A stretch of 64,000 nucleotides of DNA from assembly GCA_051530055.1 (NCBI GenBank), contig CM121341.1:2407561-2471560 (forward strand). Direction: 5' to 3'. The position numbers and the translations under genes were made by a program. Source of the stretch: Neoechinorhynchus agilis. Taxonomy: Eukaryota > Animalia > Acanthocephala. The notes beneath the pieces were generated by a model. The model saw nothing but the letters and a program-made list of their open reading frames with translations, was not told the origin of the DNA and did no database searches. Below, piece by piece: positions 51,760 through 63,772 of the stretch; positions within the stretch are counted from its first letter, which is position 1, and the number at the start of each line of letters is the position of its first letter.

Positions 51760-52140
51760 GGTTTTTTTGTTATACTCAATCTTTTTAATTGTCTTTGCAC
51801 TTTTACATTTCCATCCTTTCTTCAAACTCAAGTCTATTTGAAAAACACTCAATTCAATGTGTTCAATCCGCAAACAACGAAGAACCAACTTAGTTATCAG
51901 CTGCAAAACGCCTTTATTCTCTTGTTTTTCTTCAATTTCCACCACACATTTCTCCTTTGACTCACACTTACAACACTCACGTCGCCGTAACATTGTGCTC
52001 AATCTCCACTCTTTCTTCCCCACTGCTCAATCCTCAAATTGCAAAATGATTCGGAGGAAAGAGCGGAAAACAACAACTACAGCTATTCATTAACATAACC
52101 GCCAGAATCGACCAAAATCAAATAAACTAAAACCAACTAA
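51760..52140 (+). mobile_element. LINE 3'-end fragment related to 49620-50245
   Basis: Shared TTCTTCAATTTCCACCACACATTTCTCCTTT.ACTCACACTTACAACA and ATTCGGAGGA...GAAAACAACAACTA. Confidence 0.7.
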
Positions 52141-52330
52141 CAGAGTGTATCTCGTAATCTTCTTAACATCGAGTTCAGTTCCGTCTCCCTCTTCCTTGTA
52201 GGGTCATAATGGAGTTCCTTGAATTTTTGAGATGAGAGTATATTATGGGCAGCCATATTGTATTCATCTAAATCGACGGCGAATACTAACATCCCATCGG
52301 TGGAGACAATGAATATGGCCGCTGATTAAC
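52140..52330 (-). mobile_element. Inverted Penelope-like RT N-terminal fragment
   Basis: Minus frame IFIVSTDGMLVFAVDLDEYNMAAHNILSSQKFKELHYDPTRKRETELNSMLRRL resembles the PLE ADKG...Y...DPT region. Confidence 0.55.
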
Positions 52331-52399
52331 TAGGAATTGCCCTGAACCCAAACTGGAGCTCTTAAGTTGGTGTACGTGTAAAACGTCATTCGAATTCAA

Positions 52400-52730
52400 T
52401 CACAAATAATATGATCAGTGTGATGGTGTGGCTACGGGATCGCCTCTAGCACCAGTCCTGGCCGACCTTTATATGCGCAAATGGGAGGACAAGTTTGAAA
52501 CTTTTAAACGATACATTATAGGTTGAGGAGAAGATATGTGGATCACGCGTTCATCATTACGAACCAGAACATCGACCATAACAGACTTAAGGAAGATTTA
52601 AATGAAGTAGCGATATTCAATGGTCAGTTGAGTAAGAGGATAATGGTCACATCTCTTTCTTGGATGGGACAAAAAGAGGCACAGTCGAAACGTCGATGTA
52701 CCATAAACCTAACTCAGAGACCCCAGTATG
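52400..52730 (+). mobile_element. Penelope-like RT fragment (motifs B/C and thumb start)
   Basis: YDQCDGVATGSPLAPVLADLYMRKWED, RRYVDHAFI, ISFLD..., YHKP. Homologous to 24240-24540. Confidence 0.8.
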
Positions 52731-55433
52731 GACCAGTCATCAGCGAAGTAGTGATATTCAATGGTCAGTTGAGTAAGAGGATAATGGTCACATCTCTTTC
52801 TTGGATGGGACAAAAAGAGGCACAGTCGAAACGTCGATGTACCATAAACCTAACTCACCTTGGAGACCCCAGTATGGACCAGTCATCAGCGAAGTAGTGA
52901 TATTCAATGGTCAGTTGAGTAAGAGGATAATGGTCACATCTCTTTCTTGGATGGGACAAAAAGAGGCACAGTCGAAACGTCGATGTACCATAAACCTAAC
53001 TCACCTTGGAGACCCCAGTATGGACCAGTCATCAGCGAAGTAGTGATATTCAATGGTCAGTTGAGTAAGAGGATAATGGTCACATCTCTTTCTTGGATGG
53101 GACAAAAAGAGGCACAGTCGAAACGTCGATGTACCATAAACCTAACTCACCTTGGAGACCCCAGTATGGACCAGTCATCAGCGAAGTAGTGATATTCAAT
53201 GGTCAGTTGAGTAAGAGGATAATGGTCACATCTCTTTCTTGGATGGGACAAAAAGAGGCACAGTCGAAACGTCGATGTACCATAAACCTAACTCACCTTG
53301 GAGACCCCAGTATGGACCAGTCATCAGCGAAGTAGTGATATTCAATGGTCAGTTGAGTAAGAGGATAATGGTCACATCTCTTTCTTGGATGGGACAAAAA
53401 GAGGCACAGTCGAAACGTCGATGTACCATAAACCTAACTCACCTTGGAGACCCCAGTATGGACCAGTCATCAGCGAAGTAGTGATATTCAATGGTCAGTT
53501 GAGTAAGAGGATAATGGTCACATCTCTTTCTGATGGGACAAAAAGAGGCACAGTCGAAACGTCGATGTACCATAAACCTAACTCACCTTGGAGACCCCGT
53601 ATGGACCAGTCATCAGCGAAGTAGTGATATTCAATGGTCAGTTGAGTAAGAGGATAATGGTCACATCTCTTTCTTGGATGGGACAAAAAGAGGCACAGTC
53701 GAAACGTCGATGTACCATAAACCTAACTCACCTTGGAGACCCCAGTATGGACCAGTCATCAGCGAAGTAGTGATATTCAATGGTCAGTTGAGTAAGAGGA
53801 TAATGGTCACATCTCTTTCTTGGATGGGACAAAAAGAGGCACAGTCGAAACGTCGATGTACCATAAACCTAACTCACCTTGGAGACCCCAGTATGGACCA
53901 GTCATCAGCGAAGTAGTGATATTCAATGGTCAGTTGAGTAAGAGGATAATGGTCACATCTCTTTCTTGGATGGGACAAAAAGAGGCACAGTCGAAACGTC
54001 GATGTACCATAAACCTAACTCACCTTGGAGACCCCAGTATGGACCAGTCATCAGCGAAGTAGTGATATTCAATGGTCAGTTGAGTAAGAGGATAATGGTC
54101 ACATCTCTTTCTTGGATGGGACAAAAAGAGGCACAGTCGAAACGTCGATGTACCATAAACCTAACTCACCTTGGAGACCCCAGTATGGACCAGTCATCAG
54201 CGAAGTAGTGATATTCAATGGTCAGTTGAGTAAGAGGATAATGGTCACATCTCTTTCTTGGATGGGACAAAAAGAGGCACAGTCGAAACGTCGATGTACC
54301 ATAAACCTAACTCACCTTGGAGACCCCAGTATGGACCAGTCATCAGCGAAGTAGTGATATTCAATGGTCAGTTGAGTAAGAGGATAATGGTCACATCTCT
54401 TTCTTGGATGGGACAAAAAGAGGCACAGTCGAAACGTCGATGTACCATAAACCTAACTCACCTTGGAGACCCCAGTATGGACCAGTCATCAGCGAAGTAG
54501 TGATATTCAATGGTCAGTTGAGTAAGAGGATAATGGTCACATCTCTTTCTTGGATGGGACAAAAAGAGGCACAGTCGAAACGTCGATGTACCATAAACCT
54601 AACTCACCTTGGAGACCCCAGTATGGACCAGTCATCAGCGAAGTAGTGATATTCAATGGTCAGTTGAGTAAGAGGATAATGGTCACATCTCTTTCTTGGA
54701 TGGGACAAAAAGAGGCACAGTCGAAACGTCGATGTACCATAAACCTAACTCACCTTGGAGACCCCAGTATGGACCAGTCATCAGCGAAGTAGTGATATTC
54801 AATGGTCAGTTGAGTAAGAGGATAATGGTCACATCTCTTTCTTGGATGGGACAAAAAGAGGCACAGTCGAAACGTCGATGTACCATAAACCTAACTCACC
54901 TTGGAGACCCCAGTATGGACCAGTCATCAGCGAAGTAGTGATATTCAATGGTCAGTTGAGTAAGAGGATAATGGTCACATCTCTTTCTTGGATGGGACAA
55001 AAAGAGGCACAGTCGAAACGTCGATGTACCATAAACCTAACTCACCTTGGAGACCCCAGTATGGACCAGTCATCAGCGAAGTAGTGATATTCAATGGTCA
55101 GTTGAGTAAGAGGATAATGGTCACATCTCTTTCTTGGATGGGACAAAAAGAGGCACAGTCGAAACGTCGATGTACCATAAACCTAACTCACCTTGGAGAC
55201 CCCAGTATGGACCAGTCATCAGCGAAGTAGTGATATTCAATGGTCAGTTGAGTAAGAGGATAATGGTCACATCTCTTTCTTGGATGGGACAAAAAGAGGC
55301 ACAGTCGAAACGTCGATGTACCATAAACCTAACTCACCTTGGAGACCCCAGTATGGACCAGTCATCAGCGAAGTAGTGATATTCAATGGTCAGTTGAGTA
55401 AGAGGATAATGGTCACATCTCTTTCTTGGATGG
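52603..55433 (+). repeat. 146-bp near-perfect tandem satellite, ~19.4 copies, derived from Penelope RT coding sequence
   Basis: ORF-track starts recur every 146 nt (52801, 52947 ... 55134). Only one or two copies show small indels. Confidence 0.96.
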
Positions 55434-55795
55434 GGCTAAAAATTTACAAACTTTAAAAACGATCCTTTGTGAGATTTTGCTCGGCTAAAGGCTTTTTAAT
55501 AAAAGCTCTTTGTTCTCCAAACTCATTTTTGTACTTATTGTCGTCTTTTTTTTAATGGAAAAATGCGGTGATTGCCAATTAATTTGCACGAAAAAATAAT
55601 TGAAACGGATAAATAACACGGTATACAAAGTCGATTAAATTATTTTTGATTTGTGTATTGCTCGCTTAGAAATTGTGGTCGGAGTGAATTTAATTCGAGT
55701 TTGGCGATGTTTTTCACTTCCGAAAATTCTTGACAAAACCAAAACGGCGAATGCTTATAGTCCAATTTTTACTTTGGCTTAATTTGTAGATAGAA

Positions 55796-55830
55796 CTGAA
55801 GAGGTAAGCAAAAAGCTTACGAAATATTTT
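55796..55830 (+). ncRNA. Minimal hammerhead-like motif, same family as 33505
   Basis: TAGATAGAA-CTGAAGA-G-GTAAGC-aaaaa-GCTTAC-GAAA-TATT. Confidence 0.55.
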
Positions 55831-56310
55831 AAAGTGGGGGAAATAGGTCGTCAAACTCGACCGAACATTCAATATTCAATGCGATCATCTCGTTTCAAAT
55901 AAAAATCACAAAAATGGTCGTAATTCTCACTGAGAAAAACAGCTTAACTTTCTTATATTGAAAAATTTTAACAACAAGATTGTATGCCTCTTCGAAAAAT
56001 CGCAAGTTTAAACTTCAGTTTGAAAAGTATTCTGAACTCGAATGAGATCGCCAATAAATATGGTTGTTCAGCGGCGATCATTGACGAAAAACCGCGTTTA
56101 ATAACACAACGATATCTTAGAGAAACCTCGTTCATTTAATGGACCGTAACGCTTAGTATCGAAATTTAGTGATGAAATATTGATGGAAATCGTTATAGAT
56201 CCTCTAATACTCGAGATTATATTATCGAAAAGTATTGAGCGTTCTTCCTTAACACTCATTGAGTATTCAAGCACCGATCTACTATTAATCTCATATTCAA
56301 AAGTCATTAA

Positions 56311-57260
56311 ATGAGTGCCACCGCGCAATGTATAAGTAGTTTTAGAATAACATTGCCATTTATTCGAGATCTAAGAACGCTTTTGGGATCAATTAATTTA
56401 AAGGATTTCGTTACATTCACTATAACTCCTTCAGGTTTCCGAATAACTGCAGAGGAAGGGGGAGTAGTCCAAGCCAGTGGATTCTATAGATCAGAACTAT
56501 GTGATTCGTTCGAAATCGGGATGTCCTGTGGCATTATTTCAACTACAAGTCCTTCTAACTTGAGCTTTATTGTAAACATCGCGCATTTACAAGAATGTCT
56601 TCATGCCATGAGCTGCAGTGACGACTCGGTTGGATTAGTAGGCGATTTCGGTGCCCCGGCGTGTTTATCGTTCGACGCTAATGAAGCCAGAACATTCAAT
56701 ATGGAAATCAAAGATGGCCAAATCGATTTAAAGTGGTTTAGTCTGTGATTATTTAAGATTTCGCTAGAAGTTACAGCTTAACCTTAAAATGTTCGATTGG
56801 CACTCTAATGTCGGACGACGTTGTTGACTTTTCGTTCAAAAGTTTCACTATACATGCGAAACTAATGATGAACGTGAATGTTATTAAGGATATTATCCAG
56901 GATTTGGATCAAAGTTCTGAGTGTTTCTCAATCAAAATCACCACAGAGCCGTCGGATCGAATACAATTTGAAAGTGTTAGTTCATTGTCAAATCAAGGGA
57001 CAGACATTGTGTCAAACAGCGAAACTAGCGAAATGGACGAGCTGAAGTTGGTGGAGGCCCTTGAGTGCAATGGTCATCAAAAGTTTCGATACAATTTCAG
57101 TACACTGAAACGGTGTGTTAAAGCACTCGGAGCATCAAGTAATGTTTCTCTTAGAATTGATCATAGAGGCGTCTTATGTTTACATCTACTAATTCCACTT
57201 TCTTCGCAGAGAATCACATTCGTGGAATTCATTATTCCTCCGCTTTTTGAACCTTCATGA
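56311..57260 (+). CDS. RAD1: 9-1-1 checkpoint clamp subunit Rad1; one short intron (~56736-56776)
   Basis: LLGSINLKD, GFRITAEEGGVVQA, VDFSF, IQDLDQSSE, FRYNFSTLKRCVKALGASSNVSLRIDHRGVLCL, FVEF align by eye with Rad1. Confidence 0.88.
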
Positions 57261-58299
57261 CCATTGTTGTGCAATACATTTAAAATAAAAGAATATAAGA
57301 AGTAATCTTCAAGAACAAAGAAGCTATTTAGTCACAAAAAATATTTGTCACACGAAAAGTTGCCCCATTTGAGTATGATGATAATGCATAAAGTTTGAAT
57401 TTATCTCTAATGTGACAAACTCGATTTTTTACACATGAAAACAAAATCCAACGAATATCTGCTCGCTTCTTGTTTTGTTCGTAAATCAGGTAAAGTACTG
57501 CTTTTTTAATATAATTCGTCTGAAATGAATCCAAATACCGCCTTGGCTCCTCTTTGATCGCCTGCTTTCTCTTCGCACGCCACTCTTCTTTTGTTATTTT
57601 GGCTAAACAATTTTTTAGCTGATTAATATCGAAAACTGTTCAATGATCGCTCTTATTATGGTGCCTATCGACATGAGAGACGTTGTTTTCGAGTTTTAGG
57701 TTCTTACTTGCACAATTTGAAAGATTTCTAGTGAGAAATTTGGTTTTTATTGATACTGGACGGTTCCAAGTTTGCGTTGTTTAGTAGCGCAATTTATAGA
57801 GCATTCCCAAACGTTGCCAATTCAATCGTTGCAATTTCTTGAGCACTAAACAACCACTTTAGTTTCCTTTGACAGTCTTATGAATTCCGCCCTTTTTATG
57901 TGCTTTGTTTAAGGTGAATCGCGCAATGAGGAACATTTTAATGCACCGTTTCAACTGAAATTGTAAAAAACTAATTTGACCAGATATTTTCTATTTTAAC
58001 TCTTGCACTTTTGTCTCTTTGATTAGAAAAGTCGAGACAAATGAGCATCTTTGTGGCAAAAATAAGAAATTCTAAGGAAATACGCGCAATTTGTGAGTAA
58101 AATTAAATAGTATAATTTGAAATGACCTCAATGAATTGTCTAAATAAAGACCAAGCGCCGTCATAATTTTAAATTTTTGATTATTATTTTAACATGGGAA
58201 CAACGAAACATCTTTATTTTACAACCTAAGTTAAAAATTACGTATGGTCTAAATTTAAAGTTGGTTCTAAGAAACAAGAGATTTGTGCTGACCAATATA

Positions 58300-58870
58300 T
58301 AACACATTTATTGAAAATACAAATAAAGGTTTAGGAGGACACATGTACCTTTGGGTCCTCATCCGTTATTATGGGAATATGCAGTCGAGGGATATCCGTT
58401 CGGGAGGTAATATCCCGTCGGAGGGGTATCTATTCGGGTAAGAACTATCCAGTCAGGGACGGTTCGTTCAGGTGAGAATGTGTCCTTTCGATTGAGAATA
58501 TTCGGTTGTGTTGGAAGGTCCGTTCTGATGGGAATTGGTGTCTATTGCTTGCTGGAGCTCTTGTAGGGTTGGTCTTTCCTCAGAATCATTTCAGGTTGTG
58601 ATATCCGAGAAGATTGGGCAGCATGGAAAAAGGAACGTAGATATAGTGAGGTGCGCGGTTGAGGGAGGATGAAACGAATTAAGATTACGAGTATTGTGCT
58701 CGTGTGAAAAGGGAGCGATATGTGGAAGAAATTGTGGTTGTAGGGTTGAGAGGCGTTTTGATTGTTTTATGGAAATAGCATCAAGGCATTCGGTGAGAGG
58801 GGGAAAGTAAGTTATGCAAATTTTAGATGCTCTTTTGTGAAGAAATTCAAGACAAAGAAATACGTATGAA
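58300..58870 (-). mobile_element. LINE 3'-end fragment (L2/CR1-like) with a repetitive 3' UTR
   Basis: KQSKRLSTLQPQFLPHIAPFSHEHNTRNLN.. resembles the C-termini at 49900-50100 and 51900-52000. The UTR has CCCGAACGGA-like repeats. Confidence 0.55.
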
Positions 58871-58874
58871 AACT

Positions 58875-59882
58875 TCAATCTTCACTCCTCTTAAAGCCAA
58901 AGTAATGCTCTGCAATATAGTCGTAAATGTCCTCAAAAGACGTTAGGTGCGCAGGCATCTTATCCCCAGCAGTTAAATCATCATCGTCGTCATCATCATC
59001 ATCGTCGTCATCATCATCATCGTCATCAACCGTATCTTCATAGTTCAATCTTGCTTGTTTAGCACTTGGTTTATTTTGTGTCCACTTTGTATTGAAGGAT
59101 ACATGCTTTTGTTTTCGATTCCGGTTGTCATTTCCATAAAGTTTAGCGGTGGATTTATGTTTTGAAGCCTGATTAGCAGCTACCGATACACTTTTCGAAT
59201 GAGGCAGAACAGATTTATGAACACCACTCATTGTTCGCTTGGAGGCCGAAGAAAAACGACGATCATCGTATCGCTTCTCGTTAGCTACTTTCGGTCCACA
59301 TTTCATCTTCTCCTGCGATTGAATGAGTATCGATAGTCGTCCTTTGGAAGCCAAATAGTTCTTAAAATGCTTATCAATCACATAGGAAAGTTCTTGAGCG
59401 GCAGGCTCAAACATTTCACGATAACCAATCTTCTTTACGGCTATATTCTTGTTAATATTCTTCAAAGTTTCCATACTAACGTAATTGTCGACGTCAACGG
59501 TTGTATCGGTCTTCATATATTTCCAAACGAATAATCGGTGCATCGATTTCACGGATTTTCGTATAGACTCGTCATCTTCCGGTATAGTTTTTATCGCCTG
59601 ACAGGCAAGATAGAAATCCAAGGCAACCCGTGAACCAATCTCATTGTGAAAATATTCTCCAAACGCTTCCATTTCCATCGAAGGAATGACAAACATTTTG
59701 TCATCTTTTATAGACAACAGGCTATCAGAAGCCGGTTTTCGATTTATAAATTTAGACACATCAGAAGATTTAGCCGCAGTGCCCACACGAACCTCTTCAT
59801 CATCGGCTTTAGCTTGGTTCCTCGAGTTTATGTGTGACTTTGGAGTCCTCGACGAGTTCCAATAAACGCTGAACGAACGCAT
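58875..59882 (-). CDS. RGS-domain protein, Axin-like; may continue in downstream exons
   Basis: ALDFYLACQAIK...SMHRLFVWKYM...EMFEPAAQELSYVIDKHFKNYLAS matches the Axin-type RGS pattern (LDFWFAC...MFDQAQ.EI...Y.SFL.S). Acidic poly-D tract. Confidence 0.65.
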   Translation of the reverse strand: MRSFSVYWNSSRTPKSHINSRNQAKADDEEVRVGTAAKSSDVSKFINRKPASDSLLSIKDDKMFVIPSMEMEAFGEYFHNEIGSRVALDFYLACQAIKTIPEDDESIRKSVKSMHRLFVWKYMKTDTTVDVDNYVSMETLKNINKNIAVKKIGYREMFEPAAQELSYVIDKHFKNYLASKGRLSILIQSQEKMKCGPKVANEKRYDDRRFSSASKRTMSGVHKSVLPHSKSVSVAANQASKHKSTAKLYGNDNRNRKQKHVSFNTKWTQNKPSAKQARLNYEDTVDDDDDDDDDDDDDDDDDLTAGDKMPAHLTSFEDIYDYIAEHYFGFKRSED

Positions 59883-60339
59883 CGGTCCTGACTATCGGCA
59901 TCTTCTATGCAATAGGAACGAACTGAGTCTATGATCGATCCATTTTCTTCATTTTGTAAGCAAGGCAAATGCTTATTGTTGCTCATTGACGTTTATCTCA
60001 AAATCCTCAGGAATGAGATACCGAAATAACTTTTCTCACGAACACACGAAAAACCAATAAGTAAACATGATGATCCGGCGTGAAACCACCACAATGGACG
60101 CCTACGTGTAACTGCGAAAAGTGGCAGTGAACCGAACAACAAAGTACAAGCGAATGACCGTGGGAGAGGGAAGGCGGACGAGGCGCGGACTAAATATCTT
60201 CCGATAAGAGAGAAGCTTTTGTTTATTCCGCTTTACATAGGACAGAGATTCTAGGTTTACGCGACCACTAAACAAGCGCCATCAAACAAAGAACCTCGGA
60301 CGATCGATAGAGACAATCTTTAGCGAAACGCAAGGAACT

Positions 60340-60600
60340 CTTGATGAGGTCCAATTAGAGGTATGGAGCGCTCGGCAGCTCGGCACTCTCTCTGCTCAAG
60401 GATCTCTCGAAGAAATTGAGAGGGGCAACCGGAGACTCAAGAGCAGGCTTATTTCTTCGACAAAATATCTCGCTGGCAGTACAACGGGGCAATGCTGCCA
60501 GCGTGATGGCGACGGTCGAGGAAGGACAAAAGCTGGAATTTGGTGGGAGGTGGTGAATGTAAAGAAAAGTAACTTCATTATATAAAAAAAATAGAGTTTA
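60340..60600 (+). mobile_element. CRE-like RLE 3' fragment
   Basis: GALGSSALSLLKDLSKKLRGATGDSRAGLFLRQNISLAVQRGNAASV...GGRW*; the ending parallels 21364-21828 (LRGRW*). Confidence 0.78.
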
Positions 60601-60633
60601 TTAAAAAAAAATTAGAGGTTAAGTTGAGGTACA

Positions 60634-62649
60634 TGTCAACTAACGTTCAGGCGTTAGCGGAGGGTGGCATTCGGCCACCAAATACACTGAAGATACCCGT
60701 ATCTTCTGCAACAAGAGAGTTGTTGCTCTCTGAACTAAACAATCCAACCAGCTCGTCCGAGGAACTCGTCTTCTTGGAGGCACTTTCGAAGAAAAAATCC
60801 AACGTTATATCTTTAAAAGCTAATCCCGTTCTATCACGAGAAGAACTATTTAAACGATTCCTGTCCCGGTGGCTCTAAACGCTCAATGATGACATCATAA
60901 GAATCACCTCTACTACATATTTCGCCGGCCAATTAAAAATATACTTTAATGGCAGTCTTCACCTCAGCAACTTTCACAAATTCATCGAAACGAATTGCGA
61001 CACGTCTAGCGTCCAAATTACAAACGCAAGCTACTATTCAACCTTCCTAGTGAATGGATTTTCTCGCGATATCGATGCTGCAGACAAAAAATCCTTCGAG
61101 AACAAGTTTGGTTGTGAGACTCTATTCTTAAGCTTATTCCTAGGGCGGTAGTAAAAGCTCCGGTTGATCGGAGAGATGCGCTAATAAGTGAGAGATGCTG
61201 CTTCCAGGGAATGGAAATCAATTTTTCCATGAACGAGATATCGAGACTGGACGACTTCACGTTCCCACGTTGCAGCATCTGCCAATCCTGGGGACATTGG
61301 TCACAAAGATGCCCTACAAAAAAGTCCGTTTGCGCATTTTGCGCGTGCAACCACCATTCATCAGCTTGTCCGAAGGATACAAAATGTTGCGCCAACTGTA
61401 AGAAGACAGAACATTGCGCCTTTTCGAAATCCTGTCCGGTTTTCAAGCAATATCTCAATTGGGCTCAAACGAAACCGTCCGCAAACAACAATGCTAACAT
61501 CGTACGTCAGGCACCAAATAAGCAAGTAGTCCATGAATCTGCCCCTCCGTCATCGAACGAATGGCGCTCTGAGCGAATGTCACCCAACCAAGATTCTATC
61601 GATGGAAAACTTCGCCAATTTTCGGATAGGATCATGCAGATGGTAGATCTCCGGATAAATATGGCTATACAAGGACTCGAGAAAAGATTGGCCTCTCATC
61701 TGGACGCACTAATGGCGACTATATCCTCACGACTGGACAACATGTTTCCTCATGGATCTATCGACAGCCCGATTTCCTGCAAACGTATCCGTAAAGCGTC
61801 TCCCGTCAATCCGAACTTGCCCAACTCAGACGTTGAGATGTCCGAGAACGAACTCTTCATTCGGGATATTATCCAAGAACAATCTCAGGTTTGTGCCGCG
61901 GGAGGTCACAAACTTATTCAAGAGTGCGCAGCACGGAGTTAAGGATCGTGCAGTGGAACTCTGGTGGACGGCTAAGTATCCATAGACTGCTCTCAGAGGT
62001 CTTGAGGTGCAGCACCATCTTTATTCAGGAGTCCAAGTCTGTCTATAATGTTCATGACCTACCTCAATGTCTCAGCTCACTGACCGAACAATTTGTCATA
62101 TTTTGTACCCCTCCTCATTCGCCGAATTCCCAAGGTCTACTGTCTTTTTTCCGGCCTTCTCTCGGTCCCACACAGATTACATCGTATTCCTCCGATGATC
62201 TGTCCTATTCAATTTTTTCAGTTTGTTTTAATGGCTCTAAACTTTTATTAGCAAATATCTATGTCCGGCCTCATAAGATACATCTCCCTTGTAATAAGTC
62301 CATACTGAAGAACATCTTAGGGTCCGGTATTGACTATTGTTTTGGCGATTTCAATGATCCTTCGCATAGATGGATCAATTCTATTATTCGTTCTGGAAAG
62401 TCCCACAACATTATTATGCCCGATTATCCTACTTTTACTGACGGATCTTCATCCTCTTACTTGGATCTATGCATATACCGCAAAACTGGTTTTTACAAAC
62501 CTATTTTAACTTCTCAATCTTCTCCCTTTCGGGTCGCTGGACACGACTTGTTAGTTTGGGAGCTCGACAAGAACGTTCTTTTATCGCGAAAGTTCAAATT
62601 GGGATGGTTGAATGTCAGTCTCTTCAATGCTGTTACCCGACATTCGTGA
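60634..62649 (+). mobile_element. Non-LTR retrotransposon (I/Jockey/R1 group): gag-like ORF1 with 3 zinc knuckles and an APE endonuclease; RT absent
   Basis: CSICQSWGHWSQRC, CAFCACNHHSSAC, CANCKKTEHCAFSKSC. IVQWNSGG, IFIQES, ANIYVRP, GDFND, PTF...YLDL. Confidence 0.85.
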
Positions 62650-62752
62650 TTCTCCAAATCCTACAGCTTAAATGAATCACAAGACCGGTCAGAGTAAGAG
62701 GAATTTTCAATCGATGCTGCTAGCACGTTACCCTTAACTCTGTAACGATGAG

Positions 62753-63154
62753 GTGCCTCCTAGTGTCTTAGAAAGTGTACGTAATAGTCGAGTTGGAGCA
62801 CACATCGTTAAGGCGACGCCTACAGCAGAGACCACTGCTGCGCACGAGCCGACCGTATCCTCAAATCGACAACCGAAAGTTCGTTTCGCTGAATGTGTAG
62901 ATGTTTGTGTGTCCGACACAGAAATTGTCGCTGTTGAGAAGGCGATTTCCGAATCATATCAGACTTCTATCGCCGAGTGTGCGACTTCACAGGCCGAGTT
63001 GCCACCATCTCCCGGAGATCCTAAAAACTGGTGCATTCTCGGACTGTGTCCATTTGCTACCACTGACCAAAGAACTTTAATTGAATCGATCTTGGCAATA
63101 ATCTCTAGGTATCCAAAGAAAATCTATGATGTTTACAGTCTTGTAAGAAAGTAG
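62753..63154 (+). other. Orphan 133-aa ORF following the endonuclease; function unknown
   Basis: Open frame with a non-ATG start and no recognisable motif. Confidence 0.25.
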
Positions 63155-63472
63155 GTTTTGAGATTTCATCTCCAGCGTTTGGCTCCCCTCAATCGTATTC
63201 CGACTTCTTTGGGAGAGTTGCTTCACGATGTTCGCCGACCTTAGAGACTCTAAACCACTATCTGCTTTCAGCTACTGATTACTATGACTTGTATGGAATG
63301 CTTTCTACAAAAACATGTCGTAATTGCAAATGTAGTATCATTCCACAAGATGTGACGGAAACGGCCGTTTACACTTGGCCGCATTATCTTCGGATCTTCC
63401 TACATTTCTCTTCAAACGATGAGCTGTCCTCGAGAGACCTTTAGCGGCGTCACGGAAGGAAGACGAAGTTTC

Positions 63473-63772
<300 letters not shown>

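Noticed and set aside
51300-51760. Possible minus-strand exons (EEYEATQKKKDYWKCFDEV; VVQSKAFIGHEC...)
   Set aside because: They could not be spliced into a coherent ORF or matched to any family.
52603-55433. CRISPR-like regular array, or a family of 80-aa genes
   Set aside because: There are no unique spacers and the context is eukaryotic. The ORFs are frame-shifting read-throughs of a 146-bp unit derived from PLE RT.
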